DNA from: Camelus ferus
Lineage: Eukaryota
Direction of reading: 5' to 3'
DNA: 64,000 nt
Assembly: GCF_009834535.1 (NCBI RefSeq)
Contig: NC_045697.1
Span: 16,432,001-16,496,000 of the forward strand
Every line of letters begins with the position of its first letter. Positions within the stretch are counted from its first letter, which is position 1. The notes under the pieces were generated by a model, which saw only the letters and a list, made by a program, of their open reading frames with translations, did no database searches and had not been told where the DNA came from. The position numbers and the translations under genes are program-made. Shown here piece after piece: positions 27,434-39,930 of this stretch.

Positions 27434-28403
27434 GTTAAGTTTCATTTATTTGTTTTGCTGTATAATATCTCATCATGTAAATAAAAATACCCCATTTGTA
27501 AAATCACCCTTCTGTTAATGAACATTTGAGATTTTACTCAGAATTTTTAAAAATAAATTTAAATTTTTCACTGTATATAAATTGATCCTGCCACTGACAT
27601 GATTATGCAGGGGAGAAATGTTGTTTTCATGTAAATATAATGTTCTGTATTTACATGACAAAATGCCAAATCCTCTCTGCTATCAATCCAATCCCTTCCT
27701 AAACATGTTTAATACTTTGTAGCAGAAACAAAGATTCATCATATGCAGAGCAAACTGTATCACCATTTTTGAAGACAAGTGTGGATTCTATGCTAAAAAT
27801 ATATGTGTGTACTCTGATAGACCCTGAAGACACAGAGATAAAAGGATGATCATTGTTCTCTACAATTTCCAAGTCTAAAGACATGTAAACAGGTAACATA
27901 AAATCATAAACACTACCAAAGTGGTCTGAATGCTACAAAATCCAGTTCCAGGAATGCCAACCTCTGAATCAAGCTATCAGATAAAGCTTCCAGGAGGAGG
28001 TGGAGATGATGATGATATTTGAAACACAGTAATACCTACACCACGACCTTTTCATGGCACTTTCCAATGGAAAATTTGCAACTTTCCTGGACCTCATTAT
28101 TACTCGCATTATTTGAAATACAGGGAGACCAGGCTTGGCCTTTGCACACGATCATTTCCCTCAATTTCATGCAGTCCTCTCTGCTGACAGTAAATAAGGG
28201 CTTTGAATGCTGTGAGCTGGTTTTAGCTGCTGTAGGTTTTGATGAAACAGAGTTTATCCTCCTCTCTATTCCTTTAATCTTTGGTTACATGTGTATTGCA
28301 TTTGTGCTATTCCTGAACTTGATGGTATCAAATATTATTGGCCACTCTTGTCCAAATACAGTCAGTTCCTCTTCATAGACACCCAAACCTTGTCAGTATA
28401 AGG

Positions 28404-28580
28404 CAATGCTTTCAACCTGTGGTTCTCAAACCAGCAGCACCAGCCCCTGTTAGAAACATTAATTTTTTGCCCTCATCCCAGACCTACTGAATCAGAACTT
28501 TCTGAGGTAAGGTCCTGGGGTCTGTGACTAAAGAAATCCTTCAGGTGATTCCATCACATGCTGAAGTTTGAAAACCAATG
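28404..28580 (+). mobile_element. MER5A (hAT-Charlie) MITE
   Basis: accagcagcaccagc...cccagacctactgaatcagaac...caggtgattccatcacatgctgaagtttgaaaaccaatg. Confidence 0.85.
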
Positions 28581-28924
28581 CAAAAGGAAATCTTTATTGA
28601 TTAAAACCTGTCCCTACACATCTGGTTGTCAGGGCTGCGAATTGATTGAAGGATGTTTTCTGGCTCTGTCTTAACTAAGGAGTTAGGGTAAGAATTAAGA
28701 GAGTAAGTGATCAGAAGACTAAGTTGTAAATCACAAGCACTAGGGCACAAATGCTTTACACGGGTTGTAATTGAGAAAGCACTTAGAGAGATGAAGAAAT
28801 ATGCCATTGTAGCCAAACCCAGATGTCAGTACCTGGAAGAGCACTTAAGCCTGCTTCTTTAGACTCACCCAAATGCATTTATAGATCCGTGGTACAAGTG
28901 TCTATGCCCATTCTATACAAAATA

Positions 28925-29075
28925 CAGTCCACTCTCCAGCAATATTGGCTTCATCTGGGAACTTTCAGAACTAAAGAATCTTGGCACTTCATCTCAGACT
29001 CATTGAATGGGACCTGCTTTCAAACAAATTCTCCAGGTGATCAACTGTACATAAAGTTTTGAGAAGCAGTAGTCT
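28925..29075 (+). mobile_element. MER5-family MITE
   Basis: catctgggaactttcagaa...aacaaattctccaggtgatc...aaagttttgagaagcagt. Confidence 0.65.
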
Positions 29076-29199
29076 AATCTCTTGTGCATGGTACATGGTA
29101 TACATTGCTTCTTAATTTTGAATGGATGAAAGAATGAATAAAACTTGCCATAAATCATTTAGCCTTTAGTCATTAGACAGAAACACATGTAATACAAGT

Positions 29200-29400
29200 A
29201 AACACTCCTCTAGCACCTACTATGTGCCCATCTTCATTTAAAAACGTCGCATATGTTGATTCATGTAAGCCTTGTAACAACCCTATGAAGTAGGTACTGT
29301 TATTATCCAGACTTTACACAAAGGGGTTGAGTCACTTGATCAAGGACATTCAGTTAATAAAGGACAGAATTATGATCCAAATTTTACTGATTTGTCTCCT
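29200..29400 (-). mobile_element. MIR SINE
   Basis: agcacctactatgtgcc...aacaaccctatgaagtaggtactgttattatcc. Confidence 0.75.
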
Positions 29401-30979
29401 GATCCTGCAGTAACCTTAAGGCTCTCTCCCCGATTCTCCAAGGAGCAGAGAGTCACAATGCCCTTGATTTGATTAAAGAGTTGTGTTGGTCTTGTAGAAC
29501 CTCATGACCAGACTTATGGAAAAGGGGGCCGATTATGTCCAACTAGCACCCTTTTTCCAGAGTCCTCATGATTTCTTTTAAAAGAATTTCACTAGAAAAA
29601 CTCTGCTGGACTCTTAGGCCCCCTAAGTTACCTGACAGGTGAATCTGGGATAAAGAACAAGGTTCTTCTGGCTCAGCTCCTTCTGGATTCTCTGGGCCCT
29701 CTCTGTCTGTAGGGAAACCTGATCACTTTCAGAAAAACCCAGGGAAAACACCTGCCTCTGGTTGTGAGGCCTGTGGTTCTCCAGCCCTGCTTAGGATCGA
29801 GGGTTAAGCTCTGCCCTCTAAGGACACCTGTTGTTGCTGGGGATCTGAGCCACATTCTTCAGTCCACACCTCACCCCCATTATCAAAGATATTTTGGCCT
29901 ATATTTCTTCACTGAAGATAGTCGATGTCTTGATAGGTTCTGGAATCAAGCATGTGTCTTTTCCCTCTTCAAAACCATTAAGATCCATACACCAAGGGAA
30001 GCGAGACTGCCTTTTCAGAATTTTCAGAGCAAAAATATGATCACCATAACAGCCATAGGTGAAATCTAATTCAATTGTTTCCATATAATGAGGAATTCAG
30101 GCTTCTGTGATGTTGGGCGATCTCTTTCCCCTACCTGGTCCATCTGAAAGGTCCCGCTCCTCCTTTGAGATGAGGACACCTCTCCAGAAGGCTCCTTTTG
30201 TCATGAAGCTTTCCGTGGCCTCTCCAGGCCCACTGTGTGTTCCTTCTCTGGCCCCTCAATGGCCCGTATAGATACCTGTAGTTTGCATGCCCAGAAGAGA
30301 GGCCTTGAGGATGAGGGCTACTTACTCTTCTTTGAAAACAGCTAACACGGCTACGGCTGGGCACAAAGTGACCGTGAAATAGATACTCATTCAATGGATA
30401 AATGGATGCATAACTTGGACTTGCGAGGTGAACAGATTTTGAAATTAAATGTGGATTAGTGCAATCTTCGCACACAGGAAAAGAAATACCATAGAAATCC
30501 ATGAAAGAGTAACTGCTCTGAGTTGGTTAAAAGCCCAACACCAAATTGAAATATAATTGTGTTACTTTAGAATAGTTACAGAAAATATGGTGATTTATAG
30601 CCTAGAATTTTGGAACAGCATCAGACTGATAAATTTAAGGCTTTTGGCCCAATTTACATACTCACAGGAGACAGAATATATGGTCACAGGAACAACTCAA
30701 TCTAGTCTTGCTCTGCAGCTTAGTGGATGGCTTTAGGCAACTTCCTGAGATGTCCAGGTAACCTGGCCTACAAGTTGCTCAGTGGGAAAGTGCACACTGT
30801 TCCCTTGGGGAAAAAATGGTTCCCATAGGAAATTTGAGTAGTTTCTATGACTCCTCCTCCTTCTGATCTGATTTGCCTTGAACTTGCACAATCAAGGGAG
30901 GAAGGGCTGGTTATGCAACTCCCTGTCTGAATTATCACAAATTTGAAGTTGGCAGGATTTGAATTAATGACGTTTTTAC

Positions 30980-31475
30980 CCAACTGCGTTCCATTTCAGC
31001 TCCTCCAGATAAAGTGCACTGTGGAAAATTTGGAGGTGGACCAGAAGTCAGCAACTAAAATGATTCAAGGTTTGACTAATATTCCTTCTGAGGAAAGGCT
31101 AAAGGAATGGAGTTTATTTAGCCTAGAGGGGAAAAGGCTAAATAAGAAATTAATACTAGTTCTCAGGTATATGAAGACGTGTGTGAGTGATAAGGAACAG
31201 ATTCCCTTACTTCTAATGAGTCCAGAACAGGAGGAAAGCAGCTTAAGACACAGGAAAACTGTTTGTCATCCCTAGGAGACTTCCATGGCTTTACAAGACT
31301 CATAACACTGACACCTTAGGGATCGGTCCAGTGGATGTTTTATAAAAAAATCTAAACACTTACCTTCTTCCACGAGCTTTTCCATGGGCTTCTGTGAAGT
31401 CTGGTCTGGATGCAACTGGGCTGGACTGAAATGACCTCTCGGCTTCCCTTCCAACCTGGTGATTCCATGTGATGA
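30980..31475 (+). mobile_element. L3/CR1 LINE 3' end (ORF2 C-terminus and tail)
   Basis: Peptide LEVDQKSATKMIQGLTNIPSEERLKEWSLFSLEGKRL resembles the CR1 ORF2 motif LERVQRRATKMIRGL...YEERLRELGLFSLEKRRL; CR1 tail ggactgaaatgacctc...cccttccaacctggtgattcc. Confidence 0.85.
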
Positions 31476-32049
31476 AAGGTCATCGGGCTGAATTGATTAG
31501 AAAGTTAAAATTGCACTCCTGGATCAGTGAATTCATACTGCAAGAGAGAACCTTTCCGTTCTGAGTGGCCAGTTTGAATTTCATCCTGTTGGCAGCGACC
31601 CAGAGTTACACCCCATTGCCCGTGCAGCCGGGACACACGGCACCCTCCAAAGTAACAAGCCTCGTTGGCATTGCACTGAGAGTGTTCTATCTTCCCTTTG
31701 GAAAAAAAAAAAAAAGTTTCAGGGCTGCATGAACAACCACACTGCAGCATCTTTTAGATTTATCTCAAGTGCTAAGACAGCAAAGCCTCCACAACAAAGC
31801 ATCATGCCCCAGGAAGCAAGACAGTCAAGGCTTTAACCTCCAAGGATGCCAGAAGCCCAGAAATAAACATGATAGAATCAGAACAGGGATTCCTAGAGCA
31901 TGAATGCTGAAGGTAAACATGAGGGGCTTCGCGGTCTCTATACTGTCTTCTAAAAGACAGGACAGTTGCAAACCAGGGATCTGGAAGAGCTAGCCCTAGT
32001 AAACGTAACACTGAAAAGTCTTCTTGAGAAATTCACGTTTTCCCCTGGA

Positions 32050-32590
32050 CCTGAAATCAAGGTGGCATCCCTGACTCCTTCCTTTCTCTCCACAGCTTCC
32101 TCCCAAATCCATATCCGTTCCTCACCCAGCCTTCAGCTTCTTTGTTCTACCCAGCTCCTGAGCATAGCCCCTTTTTGCATCCTTACTGCCATCCCCGATC
32201 GATCTTCTTTTCAAGTATCAGTGGAAGCCTTGAAGTAACCTCTTCACCAGTCAGCCTGCCTTTTCCACCCTTCAAACCACTCTGCAAACAGCAGCCGGAA
32301 TTTCTAAATTGCATATCTAATCATATCACTTACCTGCTTGGTGATCCTCAGTTGATTTCTCCTGATTTCCAAAATAAAGGCCAAACTCCATTCCAAGAAG
32401 GCACGAAAGACTTTCATAGTCTTACTGGTGTCTACTTTCTTAGCCAGACTCATATCCCCTGTTGAAAAGAAATTTTCCTATTCTTCAGTGACTTCCTGGT
32501 TTTTCACACCTTTACACCTTGACTCATGTTACTCCATTTGTGTTCAGTGTCTCTGGATCTCCCACCGCAACTCGCTGCTGCATACGTCAC
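32050..32590 (+). mobile_element. L2 fragment
   Basis: aaattgcatatctaatcatatcacttacctgc...aaaataaaggccaaactcc. Confidence 0.6.
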
Positions 32591-32749
32591 ACAGACAATT
32601 TGTGTTCGTGTTTCTGTGAAGGTGCCACTTCCAACAGGAAGAAATCCTAAATCCCTCAGGGTGGTTCCAGGGCTAACATTATGGATTTCCACGTTCTCCT
32701 GACATAGAGCTATTTTAGTGGTCATTTCTATTTTTTCACCTGCTCAGAA

Positions 32750-33148
32750 TCCATGCCCCTCTTTTCTAATTTTCTTTCCCCTGTGATGTGAATTCTTGGG
32801 TGCTTTGCCCTCCAGAGTGCCCTGCTTTCCCCTAGCCAACTGGTGAGCTGAGATAAAACTGGCCAATTGAGCTTACTCTCTTGGAAACTGAGATCTTGAG
32901 TGGAGAGACATAAGGATGGAGAATGGTTAGTGCTGATTAATACCAGTGCTGGCAACCTGACAAAACCACTGATCGGTCCCTGACTTTTTATCATGGACTC
33001 CCTCTGGCTCCTATTCATTTGGAAGCCTTAGTTACTCAGATTCCCTTTTAGTACTGTGAGCAACTCCGTAGCCTTCAAATAAAATTTTAATTAAATTAAC
33101 TAGAGCTGATTTCTATTGACTACAGCCAAAAAATCCTGACAGGTACAA
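32750..33148 (+). mobile_element. Old MLT1 (J/K/L-like) LTR; 5' boundary uncertain
   Basis: 3' end aataaa...aactagagctgatttctattgactacagccaaaaaatcctgacaggtaca. Confidence 0.55.
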
Positions 33149-33309
33149 CTCTTGCAGGGCTTTTATTTGGCTCAAGTAATGGGCTGTTTTCTCTTTAAGG
33201 GCAAGAACCAGGCACTTAACATCCTTTTATACTCATCATTTAATATAATGTCTGCCTTGTAATAGGTGCTCACAAATAACTGAATGAATGATTTACCTTG
33301 TGGAATGAA

Positions 33310-33530
33310 CATGGGCAAGAAGCAGTGATTAATACCAGCCTAGTGGAAGGAGACTAATGTCTCTATTCTGGTTTACATTATTTGTCAATGACTGGGATAA
33401 AGATTTAGAAGGCATACAGATCACATTTGCAACTGGTATTAATTGGGAGGGCTAAAAAAAAATATATATATATATAAAATCACCAATCAAATCCCAAAAA
33501 GACATAAGCAAGTGAAAAGGATGAGATACA
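33310..33530 (+). mobile_element. Second L3/CR1 fragment (RT region); probable 3' tail at about 34945-34990 beyond the L1
   Basis: tttgtcaatgactgggataaagatttagaaggcatacagatcacatttgcaactgg resembles the CR1 FINDLD..IE....KFADD coding region; tail taaggtccctgtcaactctgggat. Confidence 0.6.
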
Positions 33531-33536
33531 TGTTTA

Positions 33537-34885
33537 AAAACTTTTATTGAGATATAATTCATATACCATAAAATTCACCTGTTTAAAGTAAACAATTCAC
33601 AGGGTTTTTTAAGGGTAATCATAGACTTGTCAAAAACTAACTTTAGAACATTTTCACCACTCCAAAAACAAAACTCCATACTCATTAACTACCCCTCCCC
33701 ATCCTCCACCTGCAATCCTCAGCTCTCAGTAATCACTAATTTACTATCTGGCTCCATAAATGTGTCTTTTCTGGACATCTCATACACACAAAATCATACA
33801 ACATGACACATCGATGACTGGCCTCTTTCACTTAGCATAATGTTTTCAGGGTTCATCCATGCTGTAGTATGCATTTACACTTCACTTCTCCCTTGCTGAG
33901 TTAAGTGTCTCTTTGTACAAATACACCGCGTTCTGTGTATCCATCCATCCGTCGACGGGCATTTGGGTCATTTCCCTTTTTTGACAGGTGTAAATAATAC
34001 TGCCTTGAATACTCATCTACAATGTTGTGCTGCTGTATGTTTTTCTTTTCATTTGTGTGTATTAGAAGTGGAATCACTGAGTCATAGGGTAGCTTTATAT
34101 ATTTAACTTAAAAAAAAAAAGCTACCAAATTATTTTGCAAAGTGGCTGTACCGTTTTACATTTCCACCAACAACGTACGATGGTTCCAATGTCTTGGAAA
34201 AATGTTTTGCCAATTTTTAAAATCAGGTTGTTATTTCATTATGAAATTGTAACAGTATTTTATACATTCTGGATAGAAGTCCCTTACTGGAAATATAATT
34301 TGCAAATATTTTTCTCTCATTCTGTGAATTGTCTTTTCACTTTCTTGGTGGTATCATTTGCAGCCTAATAGTTTATTAATTCAACTTTTTTTTTCCTTTC
34401 ATCATTTGTTCTTTGGGTGCCACTTCCAACCTAAGGCTGTAAAGTCTTACTTTTATGTTTCCTTCTGTGAGTTTTACAGTTTTACCTCTCACATTTAGCT
34501 CTACGATCCATTTGGGGTTAATTTTTTGTATATAGAGTGAAGTATGTGTTCGACTTTACTCCTTTGCATGTGGGCATCTAGCTGTTCCACAGTCATTTGT
34601 TGAAAACACTATTCTTCTACCCTATTGAATTGTCTTGGTACCTCTGTCAAAAGTCAATCAAACAAATACACATGGGTTTATTTCTGGCTCTCAATTCTAT
34701 TCCATTGAGCGATAGGTCTGTCTGTATGTCAGCACTGCACTACGTTTTGAAACTGGAAAGTGTGAATCCTTCAACTTTGGTCTTTTTCAAGATTGTTTCG
34801 GCTCTTCTTGGCCCTCTGCATTTCCGTATGTATTTTAAGATCAGCTTGTAAACTTCTATAAAAATAAACAGTTGGGATTTGGATG
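33537..34885 (-). mobile_element. L1MB-type 3' portion
   Basis: ttttattgagatataattcatataccataaaattcacctgtttaaagt is a classic antisense L1MB end. Confidence 0.85.
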
Positions 34886-35739
34886 AGTTATATTTTATAT
34901 TATGAAATACAATCCATTTAAATACATAAAAGCATCATTAATGAGTAAGAATAGGGTAATTTAAGGTCCCTGTCAACTCTGGGATACCAGCGTTCTGAAA
35001 AAATAGCCATGTTAAAAGAGAATAAGTATCTACGAACACAAACACAAGTACTAAAAAATTATAATTTAATTTGTTTCTTAAAGTAAAAATTTCCTTTACC
35101 CTTTTGCTAGCACAAAGCTTCAAGCCTTTTTTTTTTTAATTTGCCTATGGTTCATTATTGTTATCACCATCAAACATTAATATTTATAGCTATTTGTAAT
35201 AGAGCCATTAGCTCATTATTGTGATTTTAGCTAACTTAAAAGGATAATAATAACAATTTCTTTTAGAGAGGCAGGAAAGCTTTCCAATCCTGAGAGAATG
35301 GAGACCAAGTTCTATTTCCCTTTATAGAATTAGCACCAAGGATGTAGTATCTAGCATCTAGCACTAGTAGACCTCAGACTCCCCGGGCTAAACCTGATGT
35401 ATGAACAGGTTGGTTTGTAAGAGCCCCAAATGACATTCATTTCATTGTTCCCCTAGAGATGATTGCAATGCCTCTAAACATGTTTCTTAAGACCCCATCC
35501 CAATTCTTCACTGATCTTTTCTGAAAAGCCCAGGTCACCATCAGGATCCTCTTCTTGGTTATTAAGTACCATCTGTCATTTTCCTATTATTTAGCTCCAG
35601 CTCTATGGAGAGGTATATGAGGACAGCTCTGAGGACACTTCTATGCCATCAATCTGTGACGCTATTCCGTTCTCAAAGCTACTGTGCTACATTCTGTTGT
35701 GGCCTTTTGCTTCTCCAGGCGAAGCAACCTTAATAATAA

Positions 35740-38700
35740 TGAGAAAAGATTTTAATGCTACTGTTAATAATATTGATTTATTGATGTTCATTTCTATTCA
35801 ATCCTTATTCACATCTTTTAACTATTTTTTAAAAATCAGTTATTTTTTCTTATCCTTTCTCCTTGACTTGCAGGAGTTTCTATTATATTCAGTACTAATC
35901 CAATATTGTCTTTTGATGTTGTGAATAATTTCCTCAGTCTGTTTGTTATCGTCAGCTTAATCAGTGGTTTTCTTAAGCAGATATCATTTATTTTTAAGTA
36001 TTCATAATTACCGATTTTTCTTCTTATGTTTTAGCTTTGACCATCTTGTTTAAGAAGTTCTTCTCCACCCCTAGGGACAAATATGTCTCTTACTTTAATC
36101 TAAGAGCTTTATAGATTTTTCTTTCACGTTTAAGTGCTTAATCCCCCTGTGGAATAGGGTGGGGGCTCTTTTAATATGGTGTAAGATAGGGATCAAGATT
36201 TCTTTTTATTTTCTATAAATTGAGAAAATTTTCCTTCTTCAATGATTTAAACCAAATTGTGATATATAAATGAAACTTATTTTAAGCTCTTTTTCATAAC
36301 CTTCCTTTGTTTATATCACACTGTTCATCTATTTTTTTCCTTTTTTTTTTTTTTTTTTTTTTTTTAGCGTTGACTTTGCAACATACCTTTCCAGAAGGAA
36401 TTCTCTTTTGTTGCTCTTTTTAAAAACACCATATATAGTACTTTCGTTTCTTTTAAATTTTGGAATATATGTTTCAGCTCTGTCAAAATACTAAGTGGAA
36501 ATATTGTTAGAGTAATAGCAAATCGATTGATAAAATTTGGAACCTGCCCCTTTATAAATTAATTTCAGTCATCTAATAACATATAGCAATCTTCCTCTTT
36601 GTCTTAGATTTTCTTTTATGTCAATTCATATAATTTAAACTTTTTCTTGTAAAAATATTTTGTATTCTTTGTCAGATTATTTCCTGGATACTTTATACAT
36701 GGTTTTTATTGTTATTTAAATGTTATTTATTATATACTATTTTCTAGATAAATATTGTTAATAGGGAATGCAATTGATTTTTATAAATTGATCTTGTATC
36801 TGGTAACTCCACAGACTACTCAGGTAAGTCTAATATTTTACCTTAGGAGTAAGTTGGATTTCCTAAACAGATTGCTGTCTTACCTAAGTCCTAAACTGTG
36901 TTTGTACTCTTCTAGCCTTTACATTTCTTTCTCTTTTTTTTTCTTATAGCATTATTCAGGAAATTCAGTACTATATTAAATGAGTGGTTATAAAAATCAT
37001 TATTTTATTTATAAACGTAAAGGAATTTTACTTAAATTTTTCATTAAATGAGTTGTGGATATTAATTATAGGACCTTTATAAGTTAGGGAAGTTTTATTC
37101 TGTGAGCGATTTTCTGAGTCTATGACAAAACAGACATTGAAATTTAGTAAATAAATTTTTGTACCTATTAAAGCAGTTGTATGATTAGTTCCTTATGTGA
37201 TGAAAGATAAGATGGATCTATAAATGCCTTATTTTGTATTCTACTTATCCAGTTTTGAAATCAATATTATACTACCCTCATAAAAACTTGGGTGTCTTTC
37301 TTTTCTCAGTTTTCTGAAAATCTTTTATAAGATAGGAACCACCTGTCCCTTGAAAATATGGAAGAATTCAGCTATGAATCTATTCGGAACTTAGGCATCT
37401 TTGGAGGTGAGCCTGAAGTTACCATTTCAATTTCTCTAATGGTTATTGGTCTACCTGGGTTTTTATTCCCGTTGTTTTAACTCTGACTTTTTTATATTTT
37501 TATACAAATATCTCTCTTCTTTCTAGGTTTTCAAATATTTTAGTGTATAGCCATTACAATAATTTTTATTATTTCTAAAGCTTTTGCATATATATGTATA
37601 TTTATTATATCTTTTTCATTCTGTTTTATTGATTTGTATATTTGCTTTTATTTTTTTCCCCTGGGCCACTCTTGCCAGAGATATCTTTACTCTAAGAATC
37701 CTTTAAAAAAATTTTTGTAAATATTCTCTCCATGTTGTTGTGGTTTATTTATTCATTCATTTATTAAATATATATTGAGTACCTGTAATGTGCTGGTCTT
37801 TGTTACAGGCACTTTGATATAACAGTGAATAAAGCAGACTAAAGCCCCTGCCTTCATGGTCGTTACATGCCTTGCTGTTCTCTAGATCCAGCTAAGGTTA
37901 TAATTGGATCATTTAGCTTTGTTGGCTTTCTTCTTTTGTTTGTTTTACCCAACTTTTTACATAGGATGCATATGAATTTCCCTCTTAGAAATGCATTTAC
38001 ATTATCATTAAGGGCCAAGGACAGTATGTTTTAATTTCCTTTATGATTTTTTCCTTTACATACTTTTATTCTTAATCTTCAATTAATTATGCCTAACTTA
38101 TAAATATCTACTAAAATATTATTTTAAACTTACTAATAGCTATGTCTTCCCCCATACAGAGTCCTTGCTTCTTAGGACATAAATGTAATTGAAGTCATTT
38201 ACTCACCCACATGGTCATGGACATGCTATATCTATCTGTCTGTCTATCCCGTCTATGATTTCTCTTCTCATTTAAGTACTTTCTCCAAAAATATTCTCAA
38301 AGAGAGTGATGTGGGGTGAACCTTATGAAGACTGAAAATAGCTACAGTTGTTTATGTATATTTAAATAAGTTTTAGCTTATTAAAATTTTTAAGTTTGAA
38401 GTTCTCTTTCTCAACAGTTTGAAAATATTATTCCATTATCTTTCCTTGTTTTGCTATTGAAAAGCTTAATGTTTAATTGTTTTTGTCTGGGAGGTTTTAG
38501 CATATTTTATTTTTGCTATTTTTTAATTCTTGGCATTCACCACAAGTTGTCTATGTGTAGGGTTTTTGTTTTTTTTTTTTTAATCTAACTGTTTGCCACT
38601 CTAGAATCCCTTTCAGATTGAGGTCTTTCATTATTTACTAGCTCTAGTAAATTCTCAGCCCTCGACTCTTAAAATATGTTTTCTCCATTTATGAGTTTTC

Positions 38701-38900
38701 TTACCTTTAAGGAATCATATAAAAATTAAAATTGCTAATTCTGTTCTTCATATCCTCCAACTGTTTACTTTTTCATCTCTCAGTTTCTTTCTGTGGTCTC
38801 ATGGTGACATCCCAAAACTCTATATTCTAAGTCAGCAATCCCTTGTGGATGGATAGGTCTTGCTATTTATCCCTTATATTGAGTGTTTATTCTTAGCTCA
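35740..38900 (-). mobile_element. Highly decayed old L1 (L1ME/L1M5/HAL1-like) fragments
   Basis: T-rich antisense ORF2/ORF1-like text, e.g. aatgcaattgatttttataaattgatcttgtatc and gaagaattcagctatgaatctattcgg. Confidence 0.6.
37745..37870 (-). mobile_element. L2 3' end
   Basis: attcattcatttattaaatatatattgagtacctgtaatgtgc...aaagcccctgccttcatgg. Confidence 0.75.
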
Positions 38901-39774
38901 TATTTGTATTCTTTATGTGTGGATGGCATTGGGGTTTCCCCCACCCCGGTGTGCCATTTGCTCCCTTTATCAGTTAAAACTGCTTCTTGTGTCCCCCAAG
39001 ATTTTTCACATTTTTAGAGTTGCTTTGTGTGTTTAAATCTTTCCCATGTGTTACCACCAGGACGTGCTTCAGGGGACAGAAGCATCAAATACTAATCCCC
39101 ATTCTTGTTAAGAAGGAAAAATCAAGATTATTCTTTTGTATCAAGAGTAAAAAGCAGGAGGGGCTGTGAATTAAGGTGAATCCTAGTAGGATATCCCCTT
39201 AGCCAGGTGGGGTCTCTTCCAAGAACGTCCCACCGTCCCGTCTTCCTGGGACTGCCTATACATTGACCACGTATGAAGCAGACGGAAGCCTGAGGAGAGT
39301 GACATAAATATCAAGCAAAGGGGAAATGAATTTCAACAACGAATAACATTTTAACTGAGAAACCATTATCACCTTCCAGTGGTCGATATTCTTATTTTAT
39401 ACCTACAAAGGCCGTGATTGAAAGATAAAGGAAAATATTCTCTGCTCTCACCCAGGCAGTCACCCTGGAGGGTTTCAGGAGGCATCAAGATTGATCCTTA
39501 GCAGTTGGAAGCCTTCAGAATTTGCTCTCTTTTTTCTTCTGTCTTCCTTCCTCTACTTGCCCTTATTTACACGCATGCGCACGCGCACTCACACGCAAAC
39601 ACAGCACTTCTTTATTTCCCCCTGAATTCCACATTACTTGAAAGCGGATTACCTGTGAACAAGTCGTCACTACTGATTTTACTTTGTTTCCCACATTTTC
39701 TGCCATCTGTTGTTAAGAGCATCTCACTGTGCATTCCAAAAGAATACATAGTAAATATAGAGAAATGCGTATTT

Positions 39775-39930
39775 ACTATATAACAGTAAAATATTAAATA
39801 ATAGTATAGTATTAACATAATGCTATGCTATAATAAATTGTATACTAGGGTATATAATATGCTAACATATGTATATTAAAATAATAAAAGTAATATATTA
39901 TAATAATGTAATATATAGTATAATATAGGA
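39775..39930. repeat. AT-rich low-complexity tract
   Basis: Degenerate TAA/TATA runs. Confidence 0.7.

Noticed and set aside
27627..27658. 11-bp perfect inverted repeat (tcatgtaaata / tatttacatga) as a miRNA hairpin
   Set aside because: The stem is too short and AT-rich for a pre-miRNA, and is plausible by chance in 64 kb.
29517..29559. 13-bp hairpin as a terminator or ncRNA
   Set aside because: Eukaryotic context, homopolymer-driven pairing and no family features.
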